Source: an uncultured Gammaproteobacteria bacterium (lineage in GTDB: Bacteria > Patescibacteriota > Microgenomatia > UBA12405). From it: a stretch of DNA of 46,246 nt. Below the pieces are notes generated by a model. That model ran no database searches, was not told the DNA's origin, and saw only the letters and a program-made list of their open reading frames with translations. Position 1 is the stretch's first letter, and each line of letters opens with the position of its first letter. The translations under genes and the position numbers were made by a program. Location: assembly GCA_964609295.1 (NCBI GenBank), contig CAZSQT010000014.1, positions 1 through 46,246 on the forward strand. The letters run 5' to 3'. Positions 18,175 to 27,125 of the stretch are shown piece by piece.

Positions 18175-19047
18175 ATGAAAATATCAATTATCGTCACTAA
18201 TTGGAACGGACTAAAACTTTTACAAAAAAATTTTCAAAGAGTTATTGACACTAGCCAAGAAGCTGAAGAAATTATCTTTACTGATGATGCCTCAGGAGAC
18301 GAGAGTGTCTCCTACATGAAGTCTCTTCAAAAAAAATACCCTAAAATAAAAATAATTGCTCACAAAAAAAATGTTGGTTTTGGTAAGAACTCAAATTATG
18401 CTGTTTCCAAGGCTAAGGGTGATTTAGTTGTTTTACTCAACAACGATATTTATCCCCACGACAACTACATAAAAAATTCACTTAAACATTTTAAAGATAA
18501 AAATGTTTTTGGTGTTGGTTTTGCTGAAAGTGGTAATGAAAATTGGGGAAACATATATTGGCAAAATGGATACCTTCAACATAATTGTGGATACAAAAAC
18601 AAAAAAACCCATATCACTGCTTGGCTCTCAGGTGGTAGTTCTATTATCAGAAGAGATTTATTCTTAGAATTAGGTGGCTTTGATAATGTCTATGAGCCTT
18701 TTTACTATGAAGACTTAGACCTAGGTTTTAGGGCCTGGAAATCAGGCTATAAACTTCTTTGGGATCCTCATTGTGTCGTTGACCACAAACACGAATCAAC
18801 TATTTCCAAATTTCCCAAAAAATTTTTAGACTATGTCAAAGAGAGAAATCGTCTTTTAATAATTTTAAGAAATATTGACAATAAAAAATTACTCAAACAA
18901 AATAAATATGCTCGATTTTTAAGAGTTTTATCTGGCCCCAATTATATTAAAATCATTCGTGCTGCCAAAAAACAAATTCGCCAAAATCCCCCACCAATTC
19001 ACAAAAATAAACTCACTGATATCGAAGTGTTAAATATGTTTAACTAA
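18175..19047 (+). CDS. GT2 glycosyltransferase (WbbL-like subfamily)
   Basis: Motifs: MKISIIVTNWNG, FTDDASGDES, GFGKNSNYA, LNNDIYP, YYEDLDLGFRAWKSGY. The start is set at ATG 18175. The track start at 18136 is a TTG extension into the upstream gene. Confidence 0.75.
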   Translation: MKISIIVTNWNGLKLLQKNFQRVIDTSQEAEEIIFTDDASGDESVSYMKSLQKKYPKIKIIAHKKNVGFGKNSNYAVSKAKGDLVVLLNNDIYPHDNYIKNSLKHFKDKNVFGVGFAESGNENWGNIYWQNGYLQHNCGYKNKKTHITAWLSGGSSIIRRDLFLELGGFDNVYEPFYYEDLDLGFRAWKSGYKLLWDPHCVVDHKHESTISKFPKKFLDYVKERNRLLIILRNIDNKKLLKQNKYARFLRVLSGPNYIKIIRAAKKQIRQNPPPIHKNKLTDIEVLNMFN

Positions 19048-19050
19048 ATA

Positions 19051-21279
19051 ATGTTTCAAAATATTAAAAAATATTGGCCATTATTTTTAATATCTTTAAT
19101 AGTTTCTTTGTTTTTTTGGAAAACCATATATCTCAAATTAATACCTTTTCCTGGTGATATGTTGGTCGGCGCCTATTATCCCTGGCTTGATTATAAATGG
19201 GGAGGATTTGAAACTAGTGTTCCTATAAAAAATCCCTTGATTAGTGATGTTTTCTCTCAATTTTTTTTATGGAAAGACTTAATTAGAAAATCATTTATAA
19301 ATAAACAAATTCCTCTTTGGAATCCTTATTCTTATAGTGGCTACCCTTTATTGGCCAATTTCCATTCAGGTGTTTTTAATCCTCTTAATTTATTATTAAT
19401 AATTTTTGGCTCTATAAATGGTTGGTCGGCTATAATTATTTCTCAATTTCTCTTTTCTGCCATTTCTATGTATTTTCTTTTAAGAAATTTTAAAAGAAGT
19501 AATTTAGCTTCAATAGGTGGTTCCATTAGTTATGCTTTTAGTGGTTTTATGATTTGTTGGTCGCAATTTGTTACCGCTGGTTTTGCCCTTATTGCTCTTC
19601 CTTTAATATTTTTATCTCTCAATTTATATTTTCAAAAAAATAAAAACAAATATTTATTTTATTTAAGTCCATTATTATTTTTATTAATTTCATCCGGTCA
19701 CTTTCAAGCAATTTTATACACCTGCTTAATATCATTTTTTTATTTTTTATATCTCTTTTTACACAAAAAAAATAAATTAATTCATTTTTTTAAAATTAGC
19801 TTATTTTCTATTTTAGGTATCGGCCTAATTGCTCTACAAATTTTACCGACAATAGAATTGGGTAAATACTCAATAAGGTTTAATGAAAATTATATAAAAG
19901 AATATAAGTATGGATTACTTTCTCTTGATAGAATCCCTACTATTTTTGCTCCAGATTTTTTTGGCAATCCGACTACCTTTAACTATTGGGGAAATTATAA
20001 CTATCATGAAACTATAATTTATATGGGTATTGCCAGTATTCTGGCTATCATTTTTTGTCTTTATAAATTTAAAAATTTAAAAAACGAAAAATTTTTCCTA
20101 CTAACCTCTTTATTAAGCTTAATATTTGCTTTTGATACTATTTTTGGTAAATCAATTTTTCTTTTAAAAATACCCGGACTTTCAACTAGTTCCGGAGCTA
20201 GAATTATATTTTTATTTACTTTCTCCACCTCAATCTTAATTGCTTATTGGATGGATTTTATTTCTAAAGAAAAAGTAAAAAATATAATAAGATACTATTG
20301 GGGTTATTTTCTTTTTATTTTCATAATTGCTTTAAGCATGCTGTTAAGTTACAAATACAGTCTCGAATTTGTAGAATTATCACAAAATTATAAAATTAGT
20401 CTTCGTAATTTAGTTATTCCAATTTTTATTTCTTTTGTTTTTTTACTAATTCTTTTTATAAAAAACAAAATTATAAAATTAACTTTTATTATAGTTTTGA
20501 TTATTTTTGATTTATTTCGTTTTGGTTGGAAATATACACCTTTTGTCAGACAAGAATATGTTTACCCTAAAACAGCAATAATAGATTTTTTAAAAAATGA
20601 TAAAGAAATTTTCAGAATAGAAAAAGAAAAAGGACCACTCTTAACTCCTAACACTTGGACTGCTTATCGTCTTATGTCAACTTCTGGCTATGATCCTATG
20701 GCGATAGAAGAATATTCAATTTTTTATGAAAAAAATCTAAATAAAAATACTCAAGCCAGCCCAAGTCGATATTCTGAATTAGGTAAATATGATTCTCTAA
20801 GTCTTGGTGAGGCTAATGTTAAATATCTTTTAGTTTTAAAATACAACGAAATAGATGATTTTACTGATACTAAACCATATAAATTAAATAGAAAAATAGA
20901 TCAAGAAAAATGGATTCCTGTTTTTGAAGAAAAAACCGTTGTTATCTTACAAAACAAAGATTATAAATCCAGAGTTGAAACAGAAAACAAATCTTTTGTA
21001 GAAATAAAATCCTACACCGCCAACAAAATTATTATTAATTTTGATAATCCTTCAAATACAAAACTTATTCTAAGAGATACCTACTATCCAGGCTGGATTG
21101 CTAAAATTAATGGAAACATAACAAAAATAGAAAAATACAATGATATTTTTAGACAAATAGATTTACCTGCTGGTAAAGGAATTGTCGAGTTTATTTATCA
21201 ACCAAAAAGCTTTACAATTGGTGTATATATTAGTTTAATAAGTCTTGTCATATGGCTCATATTGATCTTTCTATTATAA
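19051..21279 (+). CDS. YfhO-family polytopic membrane glycosyltransferase (GT-C)
   Basis: 742 aa. Motifs: GDMLVGAYYPWLDYKWGG...PLWNPYSYSGYPLLANFHSGVFNP. C-terminal module TYYPGWIAKINGN followed by a terminal TM, the typical YfhO layout. Confidence 0.75.
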   Translation: MFQNIKKYWPLFLISLIVSLFFWKTIYLKLIPFPGDMLVGAYYPWLDYKWGGFETSVPIKNPLISDVFSQFFLWKDLIRKSFINKQIPLWNPYSYSGYPLLANFHSGVFNPLNLLLIIFGSINGWSAIIISQFLFSAISMYFLLRNFKRSNLASIGGSISYAFSGFMICWSQFVTAGFALIALPLIFLSLNLYFQKNKNKYLFYLSPLLFLLISSGHFQAILYTCLISFFYFLYLFLHKKNKLIHFFKISLFSILGIGLIALQILPTIELGKYSIRFNENYIKEYKYGLLSLDRIPTIFAPDFFGNPTTFNYWGNYNYHETIIYMGIASILAIIFCLYKFKNLKNEKFFLLTSLLSLIFAFDTIFGKSIFLLKIPGLSTSSGARIIFLFTFSTSILIAYWMDFISKEKVKNIIRYYWGYFLFIFIIALSMLLSYKYSLEFVELSQNYKISLRNLVIPIFISFVFLLILFIKNKIIKLTFIIVLIIFDLFRFGWKYTPFVRQEYVYPKTAIIDFLKNDKEIFRIEKEKGPLLTPNTWTAYRLMSTSGYDPMAIEEYSIFYEKNLNKNTQASPSRYSELGKYDSLSLGEANVKYLLVLKYNEIDDFTDTKPYKLNRKIDQEKWIPVFEEKTVVILQNKDYKSRVETENKSFVEIKSYTANKIIINFDNPSNTKLILRDTYYPGWIAKINGNITKIEKYNDIFRQIDLPAGKGIVEFIYQPKSFTIGVYISLISLVIWLILIFLL

Positions 21280-22064
21280 TCGTTACTTGGAATACTGCCC
21301 AAATCACTCTCAAGTGCATTCAAACCATCCATAAATATCTTAAAGATACAATTGATTACGAAATCATTATCGTTGACAACAACTCCTCTGACAATACCCA
21401 AGATGTATTAAAAAAAGAAAAAATTAAATATATTAAAAATTCAGCCAACTTTGGTTTTGCCAAAGCCAATAATATTGGTGTTAAACAATCAAAAGGGGAC
21501 TATCTCTTATTTCTTAACTCCGACATGGAATTAATCGATGATAGTCTAATTAAAATGTTAAACTTTTTCAAAAAAGACGAAACTATCGGTATTATTGGTC
21601 CTCAATTTTTAAATATCGACAAAACTCCACAAGCCTCTGTCTTTCCCCCTCAAACAATTTTAAATGCGTTTAAAGAGTTTTGGTTGGGTCAAAAAAATGC
21701 TTATTCCAAATACAATCCACCTACTGACAAAATATCACAAGTTTATGCTATTTCAGGTGGAGCTCTCTTAATAAGAAAAACTTTGTTTAACAAAATAGGT
21801 GCTTGGAACGAAAAATATCATTTTTATTTTGAAGATCTAGATATGTCTCGAACTATAAATAAATTAGGCTACAAAGTAATCTTTTACCCTTTTTGTAAAG
21901 TAATCCATCGACATGGTGCCAGCGGTAAAAAATTGGCCGACCCTCAAAATCAATGGCGTCGCCTTATCAATGGTAGTATCAAATATCACGGATATTTTAA
22001 AAACTATATATTATATTTAATCATAAAATCTAGCCAAGTATGTCAAAAATACTTAAACAAATAA
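21252..22064 (+). CDS. GT2 glycosyltransferase (WbbL-like subfamily)
   Basis: 270 aa. Motifs: LSIIIVTWNT, IIVDNNSSDNT, NFGFAKANNIG, LNSDMEL, YFEDLDMSRTINKLGY. Confidence 0.75.
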   Translation: MAHIDLSIIIVTWNTAQITLKCIQTIHKYLKDTIDYEIIIVDNNSSDNTQDVLKKEKIKYIKNSANFGFAKANNIGVKQSKGDYLLFLNSDMELIDDSLIKMLNFFKKDETIGIIGPQFLNIDKTPQASVFPPQTILNAFKEFWLGQKNAYSKYNPPTDKISQVYAISGGALLIRKTLFNKIGAWNEKYHFYFEDLDMSRTINKLGYKVIFYPFCKVIHRHGASGKKLADPQNQWRRLINGSIKYHGYFKNYILYLIIKSSQVCQKYLNK

Positions 22065-23242
22065 ATAAAACCATATTTTTAGCCATTATCATTAGAATTT
22101 TAATAATGCCATTTTTTTATCACCCAGATATCAAAAGTCAATATTTTCATTTTCAATTTTTACAAAAAGGTGTTTTAAATATTTATAGCTATCTTGATAA
22201 AAATAAAGACAATCTCCCCAATACTGACACTTTCAACTATTTACCTCTAACTTATTTTACTTTTGGAACTAATCATCTTATTTCACAAGTTTTTATGCCC
22301 AAAGATTATTCTCTTTGGTTAAATGATTGGGGAGTCAAAAAAAATGATTATTCGAACCTGCCTATTTTTCTTTTTATCCTTAAAATACCTTATTTATTTT
22401 TGGATATTGGAATTGCCTATCTTTTGTATAAACTTTTTCCCAAAAAGAAATTACATTTAATTTGGCTGTTTAATCCACTAACTATCTATCTCATTTATAT
22501 TTTGGGAAATTTTGATATTTTACCCTCATTTCTCACCCTTCTCGCTTTTTATTTTCTTAACAATAAAAAGAATTTTCATTGTTATTTTTCACTGGGAGTT
22601 GCTATTGCCGTTAAAATGTATCCAATATTATTTTTACCTTTCTTTTTGTTTTATCACAAAGAAAATCTAAAACAAAAATTTTTAAATCTATTGTTTTTAT
22701 CGCTACCCCTAATTATTAGTATCGCTCCTTTTTTGACTAATACTTATTTTGTAAACTCTTTTTTGGGTTCTGGTTTAACTCAAAAAATACTAGAATACAA
22801 AATTTTAAATATACCTATTTATCCAATAATTTATACAATAATTTTTTATTTATTTATCAAATCTAAAAACAAAGAAAAATCTTTTTACAAAAGTATTTTT
22901 TACCTCATGATTTTCTTTTTTGCTTTAATCAAATTTCACCCCCAATGGTTAATTTGGTTTTTGCCTTTTGTCATTTACCCTTTTTCATCTATCAATAAAA
23001 TTAGAACTCTTTTTATATTTTATATTTTACTGTTTTTAGTTTACACTTTTTTAATTAACGATCAATTCCTTTTTTGGGGACACCTTGTCCCCATTCATTC
23101 CAATTTTTTACTTCTTCGCACTCCCTTTGATTTAATTTATTATAAATTTCATCTTAATCCTCATTTTTTACAAAATAACATCAAATATTTAATGTTATTT
23201 ATTTCTTTTTTTCAAGTTTATCTTTATGAAAAAAATAATTAA
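22040..23242 (+). CDS. Polytopic membrane protein, DUF2029/GT87-like putative GT-C mannosyltransferase
   Basis: 400 aa. Motifs: FYHPDIKSQYFHFQFL, LKIPYLFLDIGIAYLLYKLF, FNPLTIYLIYILGNFDILPSF, GVAIAVKMYPILFLPFF. This pattern recalls PIG-M/DUF2029-type enzymes. Confidence 0.5.
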   Translation: MSKILKQINKTIFLAIIIRILIMPFFYHPDIKSQYFHFQFLQKGVLNIYSYLDKNKDNLPNTDTFNYLPLTYFTFGTNHLISQVFMPKDYSLWLNDWGVKKNDYSNLPIFLFILKIPYLFLDIGIAYLLYKLFPKKKLHLIWLFNPLTIYLIYILGNFDILPSFLTLLAFYFLNNKKNFHCYFSLGVAIAVKMYPILFLPFFLFYHKENLKQKFLNLLFLSLPLIISIAPFLTNTYFVNSFLGSGLTQKILEYKILNIPIYPIIYTIIFYLFIKSKNKEKSFYKSIFYLMIFFFALIKFHPQWLIWFLPFVIYPFSSINKIRTLFIFYILLFLVYTFLINDQFLFWGHLVPIHSNFLLLRTPFDLIYYKFHLNPHFLQNNIKYLMLFISFFQVYLYEKNN

Positions 23243-23831
23243 ATTTTTATCTCTAACTTTGGTTGAAATAATACTTATAGTTTTTTTATTAATTATTATA
23301 CCTTCCCTTCTAATTAGGGAAATTAGAGAAGAAAATAATTTTGGTCAAAATTTTTTTATTAAACTTGATTCAGCTGTCACTTATCAACAAGAAATTAAAT
23401 TAACTCATCCAAATATTCAAAATCTTTTTCTTCTTTTCAAAAACCCCAACTTAGAAAGTAAACAATTAATTTATTTAACAATAGAAGATATTAATGGAAA
23501 TGAACTACGCAGTCTTTCTTTCACTGGCAATAGTGTAGAAGACCCCACTTGGGTACCTTTCAAGTTTCAACCTCTAAATGAACCAAAAATAACCCTTAAA
23601 ATTAACTCCCCTCAAGCCCCTAACACCCCACCCCTCCTTTTGGGTTTCAATGAAAAAGATCAAAGTTTAATTTATCAATCAAGCTATCAATCTAGTAACT
23701 TTAAAGAAAATTTAATACAAAATTTAAATAAAATAAAAGAAAAAACTCTTATCAGTTGGCAGTATTCCCTTATTTATTTAAATTTATTTTTAATACTTAA
23801 TTATCTTTATATTAAAAATCTTAAAAAATAA
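23226..23831 (+). CDS. Hypothetical bitopic membrane protein (N- and C-terminal TM helices with a domain of about 150 aa between them)
   Basis: 201 aa. TM1 is LSLTLVEIILIVFLLIIIPSLLI and the C-terminal TM is WQYSLIYLNLFLILNYLYI. No recognisable motif. It is the last gene of the 19-kb plus-strand block. Confidence 0.4.
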   Translation: MKKIIKFLSLTLVEIILIVFLLIIIPSLLIREIREENNFGQNFFIKLDSAVTYQQEIKLTHPNIQNLFLLFKNPNLESKQLIYLTIEDINGNELRSLSFTGNSVEDPTWVPFKFQPLNEPKITLKINSPQAPNTPPLLLGFNEKDQSLIYQSSYQSSNFKENLIQNLNKIKEKTLISWQYSLIYLNLFLILNYLYIKNLKK

Positions 23832-23833
23832 AA

Positions 23834-25462
23834 TTATTTCAAAAATATAATCTGAGAAGATTGATAAATTTTGATAGGACTTTGGGTGAAATAATTTTCT
23901 GCATCAACTATTCTACTCACGTCTAGGGTATCAATTCTTGGAGAAGTCCACAGTATTGTTTTTTTTAAGTTTTTATCTTCATCCCAATTAACTTTTCTAA
24001 ATTTGAATTTTCCAAAATCAAAATTCCAAATACCGTGCTTGTCTGAACTAATTCTTTTATAACCTTCTTTCTGTGGAATAATTGGATTAATTTTAAAATA
24101 GTAAAGTATAAAAATATAACTTTGGGCTTGTGGAATATCTATTATTACCTGATCATAGTCATCAATAACCTCAGAAATTAAATTAGCTCCTTCCTCAAAA
24201 CCTCCTGGTTGAAACTCACCATGTGTTTCATAATAAGAATAAGATATCTCATTGTTTATAATAAAACAAAATTGAAATATTAAAAAAAAGATTAACAAAA
24301 ACTTAATTATCCTATTTTTTTTAAAAATATAAAATAAACCTAAAAAACTTAAAATTTTAATAGCTCCAATAGAGTTCAAACTTCGCAGGGGATGGTACCA
24401 ATTCCAAGTTGCTGCTGCTGGTGCCAAGCCAGCAACAATCCAATACAAAAGAGTTCTGTATTTTTCTTTTACTATATTTTTAATCAAAATAACAATTCCT
24501 ACTAAAAAGGTGATAGATTCAATCCAACCCAACATTCCAAAACTAGGTATATACATCACCGATCTTCTAACCCACAAAAAAACTCTCGTTCCTAAATTTA
24601 TTGGCGAAAAGTAAGCCCAAAGTCGACCAGTCAACATTCCTAAAAAATAATAAATTTTAGAAAAAGGAAAAAATAAAATTTCCTTTGGAGAATAAGGATA
24701 ATAAGCTTTAAAAAAATTTTCTTGATTAAATCTCGTTAAAACAGAAGAACTATTAGAATCTAAAAAAATAGGAATATAACACAATAAAATTAAAATCAAA
24801 GAAGATATGTTCATCCACGTTATTCTTTTTTTATTCTTGTTTTCTTTTTTACCCAACAACCAATTTATGGGATCAATTTGCATTAATATTATAAAAAGAG
24901 GAACTGCCACCCTTGCTCCGTGATAACTATAAATAGAAAGTATAAAAAATAAGATATAAAAAATAAAAAAAGAAATTTTAAATTTTCTTCGATTAGTTAA
25001 ATAAAAATAAATTCCCCAAGTATAAAAACAAGCAGATAGGTGAGTTTCTAGAGCCACTCTTGAAAAATGCAAAGAATATGGCTGCATTAAAGCTAAGATT
25101 AAACCAAAAAGTTTAATTTTTTCATCTTTAATAAAAAGTCCTAAAATAAAATAAATGGCTAAAGACAGAAAAACACCAGAAAGAGCACTTACCAATCTTA
25201 AACTTAAATTATTTAAACCAAATATTTTAATAAAAGGTATAGTTAAGTAAGAATACAAAGCTGGTTTATAATCACCAAATGACTTTAATGAGACTGGCCA
25301 ACTTAAACCATGCTCATCCTTCCCAGTCATCATTAGACTATATGCATTGTAACCCAAACCAGCTTCATCAAAACCAATAGAGTTAGGAGATTTATCTATT
25401 TGCCATACTCTTAAAAATAAACCTATTGATAATAGTAAAAAAATAATCAATATTTTTTTCAT
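23834..25462 (-). CDS. Polytopic GT-C membrane glycosyltransferase, PMT_2-like family A (GYNAYS motif)
   Basis: 542 aa. Motifs: GFDEAGLGYNAYSLMMTGKDEHGLSWPVSLKSFGDYKPALYSYLTIPFIKIFGLN and QPYSLHFSRVALETH. Paralogs are at 28703, 30298, 33483, 35062 and 36593. Confidence 0.75.
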   Translation of the reverse strand: MKKILIIFLLLSIGLFLRVWQIDKSPNSIGFDEAGLGYNAYSLMMTGKDEHGLSWPVSLKSFGDYKPALYSYLTIPFIKIFGLNNLSLRLVSALSGVFLSLAIYFILGLFIKDEKIKLFGLILALMQPYSLHFSRVALETHLSACFYTWGIYFYLTNRRKFKISFFIFYILFFILSIYSYHGARVAVPLFIILMQIDPINWLLGKKENKNKKRITWMNISSLILILLCYIPIFLDSNSSSVLTRFNQENFFKAYYPYSPKEILFFPFSKIYYFLGMLTGRLWAYFSPINLGTRVFLWVRRSVMYIPSFGMLGWIESITFLVGIVILIKNIVKEKYRTLLYWIVAGLAPAAATWNWYHPLRSLNSIGAIKILSFLGLFYIFKKNRIIKFLLIFFLIFQFCFIINNEISYSYYETHGEFQPGGFEEGANLISEVIDDYDQVIIDIPQAQSYIFILYYFKINPIIPQKEGYKRISSDKHGIWNFDFGKFKFRKVNWDEDKNLKKTILWTSPRIDTLDVSRIVDAENYFTQSPIKIYQSSQIIFLK

Positions 25463-26691
25463 TTTAATTCTCCTATAACAATATAATCACTATATCCATG
25501 AGCAACAGAGTCTTTAAGCTCTTTATAATCTAATATTTTATAATTTTCATCAGACCAAAAATCTTGCCAATTATCAACCAAAGAATTATTAAAAGTCCTT
25601 CCACTAAATTCACCCGCAAAAATACAAATATACTTAGATCCCTCCAATTCACTATTAACTGAATAATCAGACCCCCAATAATATTGGGCATATTCATCAG
25701 TAAAGCCGATTATTCTCGTAACATAAACATCTTCTTTACTTGGTAAATTATTAAAACAATAATCAAAAACAATTGGCTTGTTGTCTAGCCAATGTTCAGG
25801 TCTGGTTGCGAAATTTAAAAAACTAATAACAAAAGAATAAATTAAAAATAAAAGAAAGAAAACTTTCCAAACAAAATGTACCTTTTCAAAAGAAAGAGAA
25901 ATCAAATAGGACAACGTATACCAAAGTAGTGCAAATCTTAAAAATAAAATTTCTTTACTAAAAATAAAATAAATAAAAGAAAAAACAAAAAAAATCAAAA
26001 TCTCCCTTTTTCTCTTCTTTTTTAGAAAATAAAAAACTCCCAATGTTAACAAAAATATTTCAAACCAGTAAAAAATTATTATTCCTTTTTGTTCCAGAGG
26101 ATGAAACTCTTGAAAAAATAAAGCTTCAATGTCAAAAAAAGAATTAATTTCTCCTAGGATATTCTTCGTTGCAAAAAAGGGTTTATTGTAAGAAAGTCTT
26201 CTAAAAAAAAGAGGGAATGAGGGTCTAAACGACAAAGAATCTTCATTTTTAAATCTAATATTTACCTCTGTCGATAAAGCTTCTGGTTTTATTTTATCCC
26301 ATAAAATAAAACTTCTGTCCTGAACTCCAATTCTTAAAATAACAAGTAGAAACAAAAGAATAATCCAAACTTTATTTTTTTGAATTTTTTTAATCACAAA
26401 AATCCAAGCAATTAATTCAAACAAAATTAAAGGATAACAATACCATAAAATCCAATAAAAAGGAGAAATTAAAATAATAATAATATTCCATTTTTTTAAG
26501 TAAAAAAAGATCAAAAAACATGAAAAACCTAAAGATAAAATACGAAAAAACCAAACATTTATACCTCCCAAAATCTGATTAGGCAAAGGAGGATAATTAA
26601 TTAAAAAACTAATTAATAATTGAAAAATAATTACTAAAATAGAAACAATAAAAAATTTTTTAGCTTTTAAAAAAGGAAATAGGCTATTCAT
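25459..26691 (-). CDS. Polytopic membrane protein, divergent relative of family A lacking the N-terminal DE loop
   Basis: 410 aa. There is no DE...GYNAYS loop after TM1 (INYPPLPNQILGG instead). It does share the mid-protein motif INSFFDIEALFFQEFHPLEQKG with the family A F-S-x-x-FLF-x-x-GD-x-x-x-R motif. It has a soluble C-terminal part of about 110 aa. ATGA overlap with the downstream gene. Confidence 0.4.
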   Translation of the reverse strand: MNSLFPFLKAKKFFIVSILVIIFQLLISFLINYPPLPNQILGGINVWFFRILSLGFSCFLIFFYLKKWNIIIILISPFYWILWYCYPLILFELIAWIFVIKKIQKNKVWIILLFLLVILRIGVQDRSFILWDKIKPEALSTEVNIRFKNEDSLSFRPSFPLFFRRLSYNKPFFATKNILGEINSFFDIEALFFQEFHPLEQKGIIIFYWFEIFLLTLGVFYFLKKKRKREILIFFVFSFIYFIFSKEILFLRFALLWYTLSYLISLSFEKVHFVWKVFFLLFLIYSFVISFLNFATRPEHWLDNKPIVFDYCFNNLPSKEDVYVTRIIGFTDEYAQYYWGSDYSVNSELEGSKYICIFAGEFSGRTFNNSLVDNWQDFWSDENYKILDYKELKDSVAHGYSDYIVIGELK

Positions 26692-27103
26692 AATGATTTT
26701 CTATTAATTTTTTTAATTTTATCTTTTTTTCTATTAAATGATTAGTATCCACAACGTCAATCAAGGGAGCTAAATAGACAAGCCCGTTCTCATAACTGTT
26801 TTTTGCTAAATCCAATTGTTTTTTTGCCAAATTATATAAACCATAATTTAAAAGCTTTTGAGATTCAAAAATTCTTTTTTCTGCCAACACAAAATTCCAT
26901 TCAACCAAATCCCTATCTGCTAAAATAAAAAAAGATTGTACTTTCTCCCTTCCTCTTTTTAGATAATAAATAGGCGAAACAGGAGTTGTCCCTTTGTAAT
27001 CAAAAATCAATTTAAAACTATCAAACTTTAATCCAAAAAAAATAATCCAAAAAAATAATCCAAAAAAGATAAGTATAGTAAAAATAAACAGTCTCCGCTT
27101 CAT
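26684..27103 (-). CDS. Small N-terminally anchored protein of unknown function (helical ectodomain, possibly DUF5667-like)
   Basis: 139 aa. TM is LFIFTILIFFGLFFWIIFFGL, followed by SPIYYLKRGREKVQSFF...LAEKRIFESQKLL. It is the first gene of the minus-strand three-gene block. Confidence 0.4.
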   Translation of the reverse strand: MKRRLFIFTILIFFGLFFWIIFFGLKFDSFKLIFDYKGTTPVSPIYYLKRGREKVQSFFILADRDLVEWNFVLAEKRIFESQKLLNYGLYNLAKKQLDLAKNSYENGLVYLAPLIDVVDTNHLIEKKIKLKKLIENHYE

Positions 27104-27109
27104 GAAGAT

Positions 27110-27119
27110 ATGATATCAT
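27110..27119. promoter_or_regulatory. Perfect 10-bp palindrome ATGATATCAT encoding two overlapping divergent -10 hexamers (TATCAT on each strand)
   Basis: The 22-bp intergenic region 27104-27125 splits as 6 nt + palindrome + 6 nt. TATCAT at 27114-27119 (+) lies 6 nt before GTG 27126. TATCAT at 27115-27110 (-) lies 6 nt before ATG 27103. Confidence 0.45.
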
Positions 27120-27125
27120 TTTAAT

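Noticed and set aside
23829-23836. Rho-independent terminators at convergent gene junctions (399/404, 23831/23834, 45103/45105)
   Set aside because: Only 1-4 bp separate the stops, and no GC-rich stem plus T-tract is visible in the flanking coding sequence.
27033-27070. Near-tandem ccaaaaaaa(a)taat units at the 5' end of the 26684-27103 gene
   Set aside because: The unit lengths are irregular (14, 13 and 11 nt) and the stretch simply encodes the hydrophobic FFGLFFWIIFFGL segment. It is a low-complexity consequence of Phe/Ile codons on the opposite strand.
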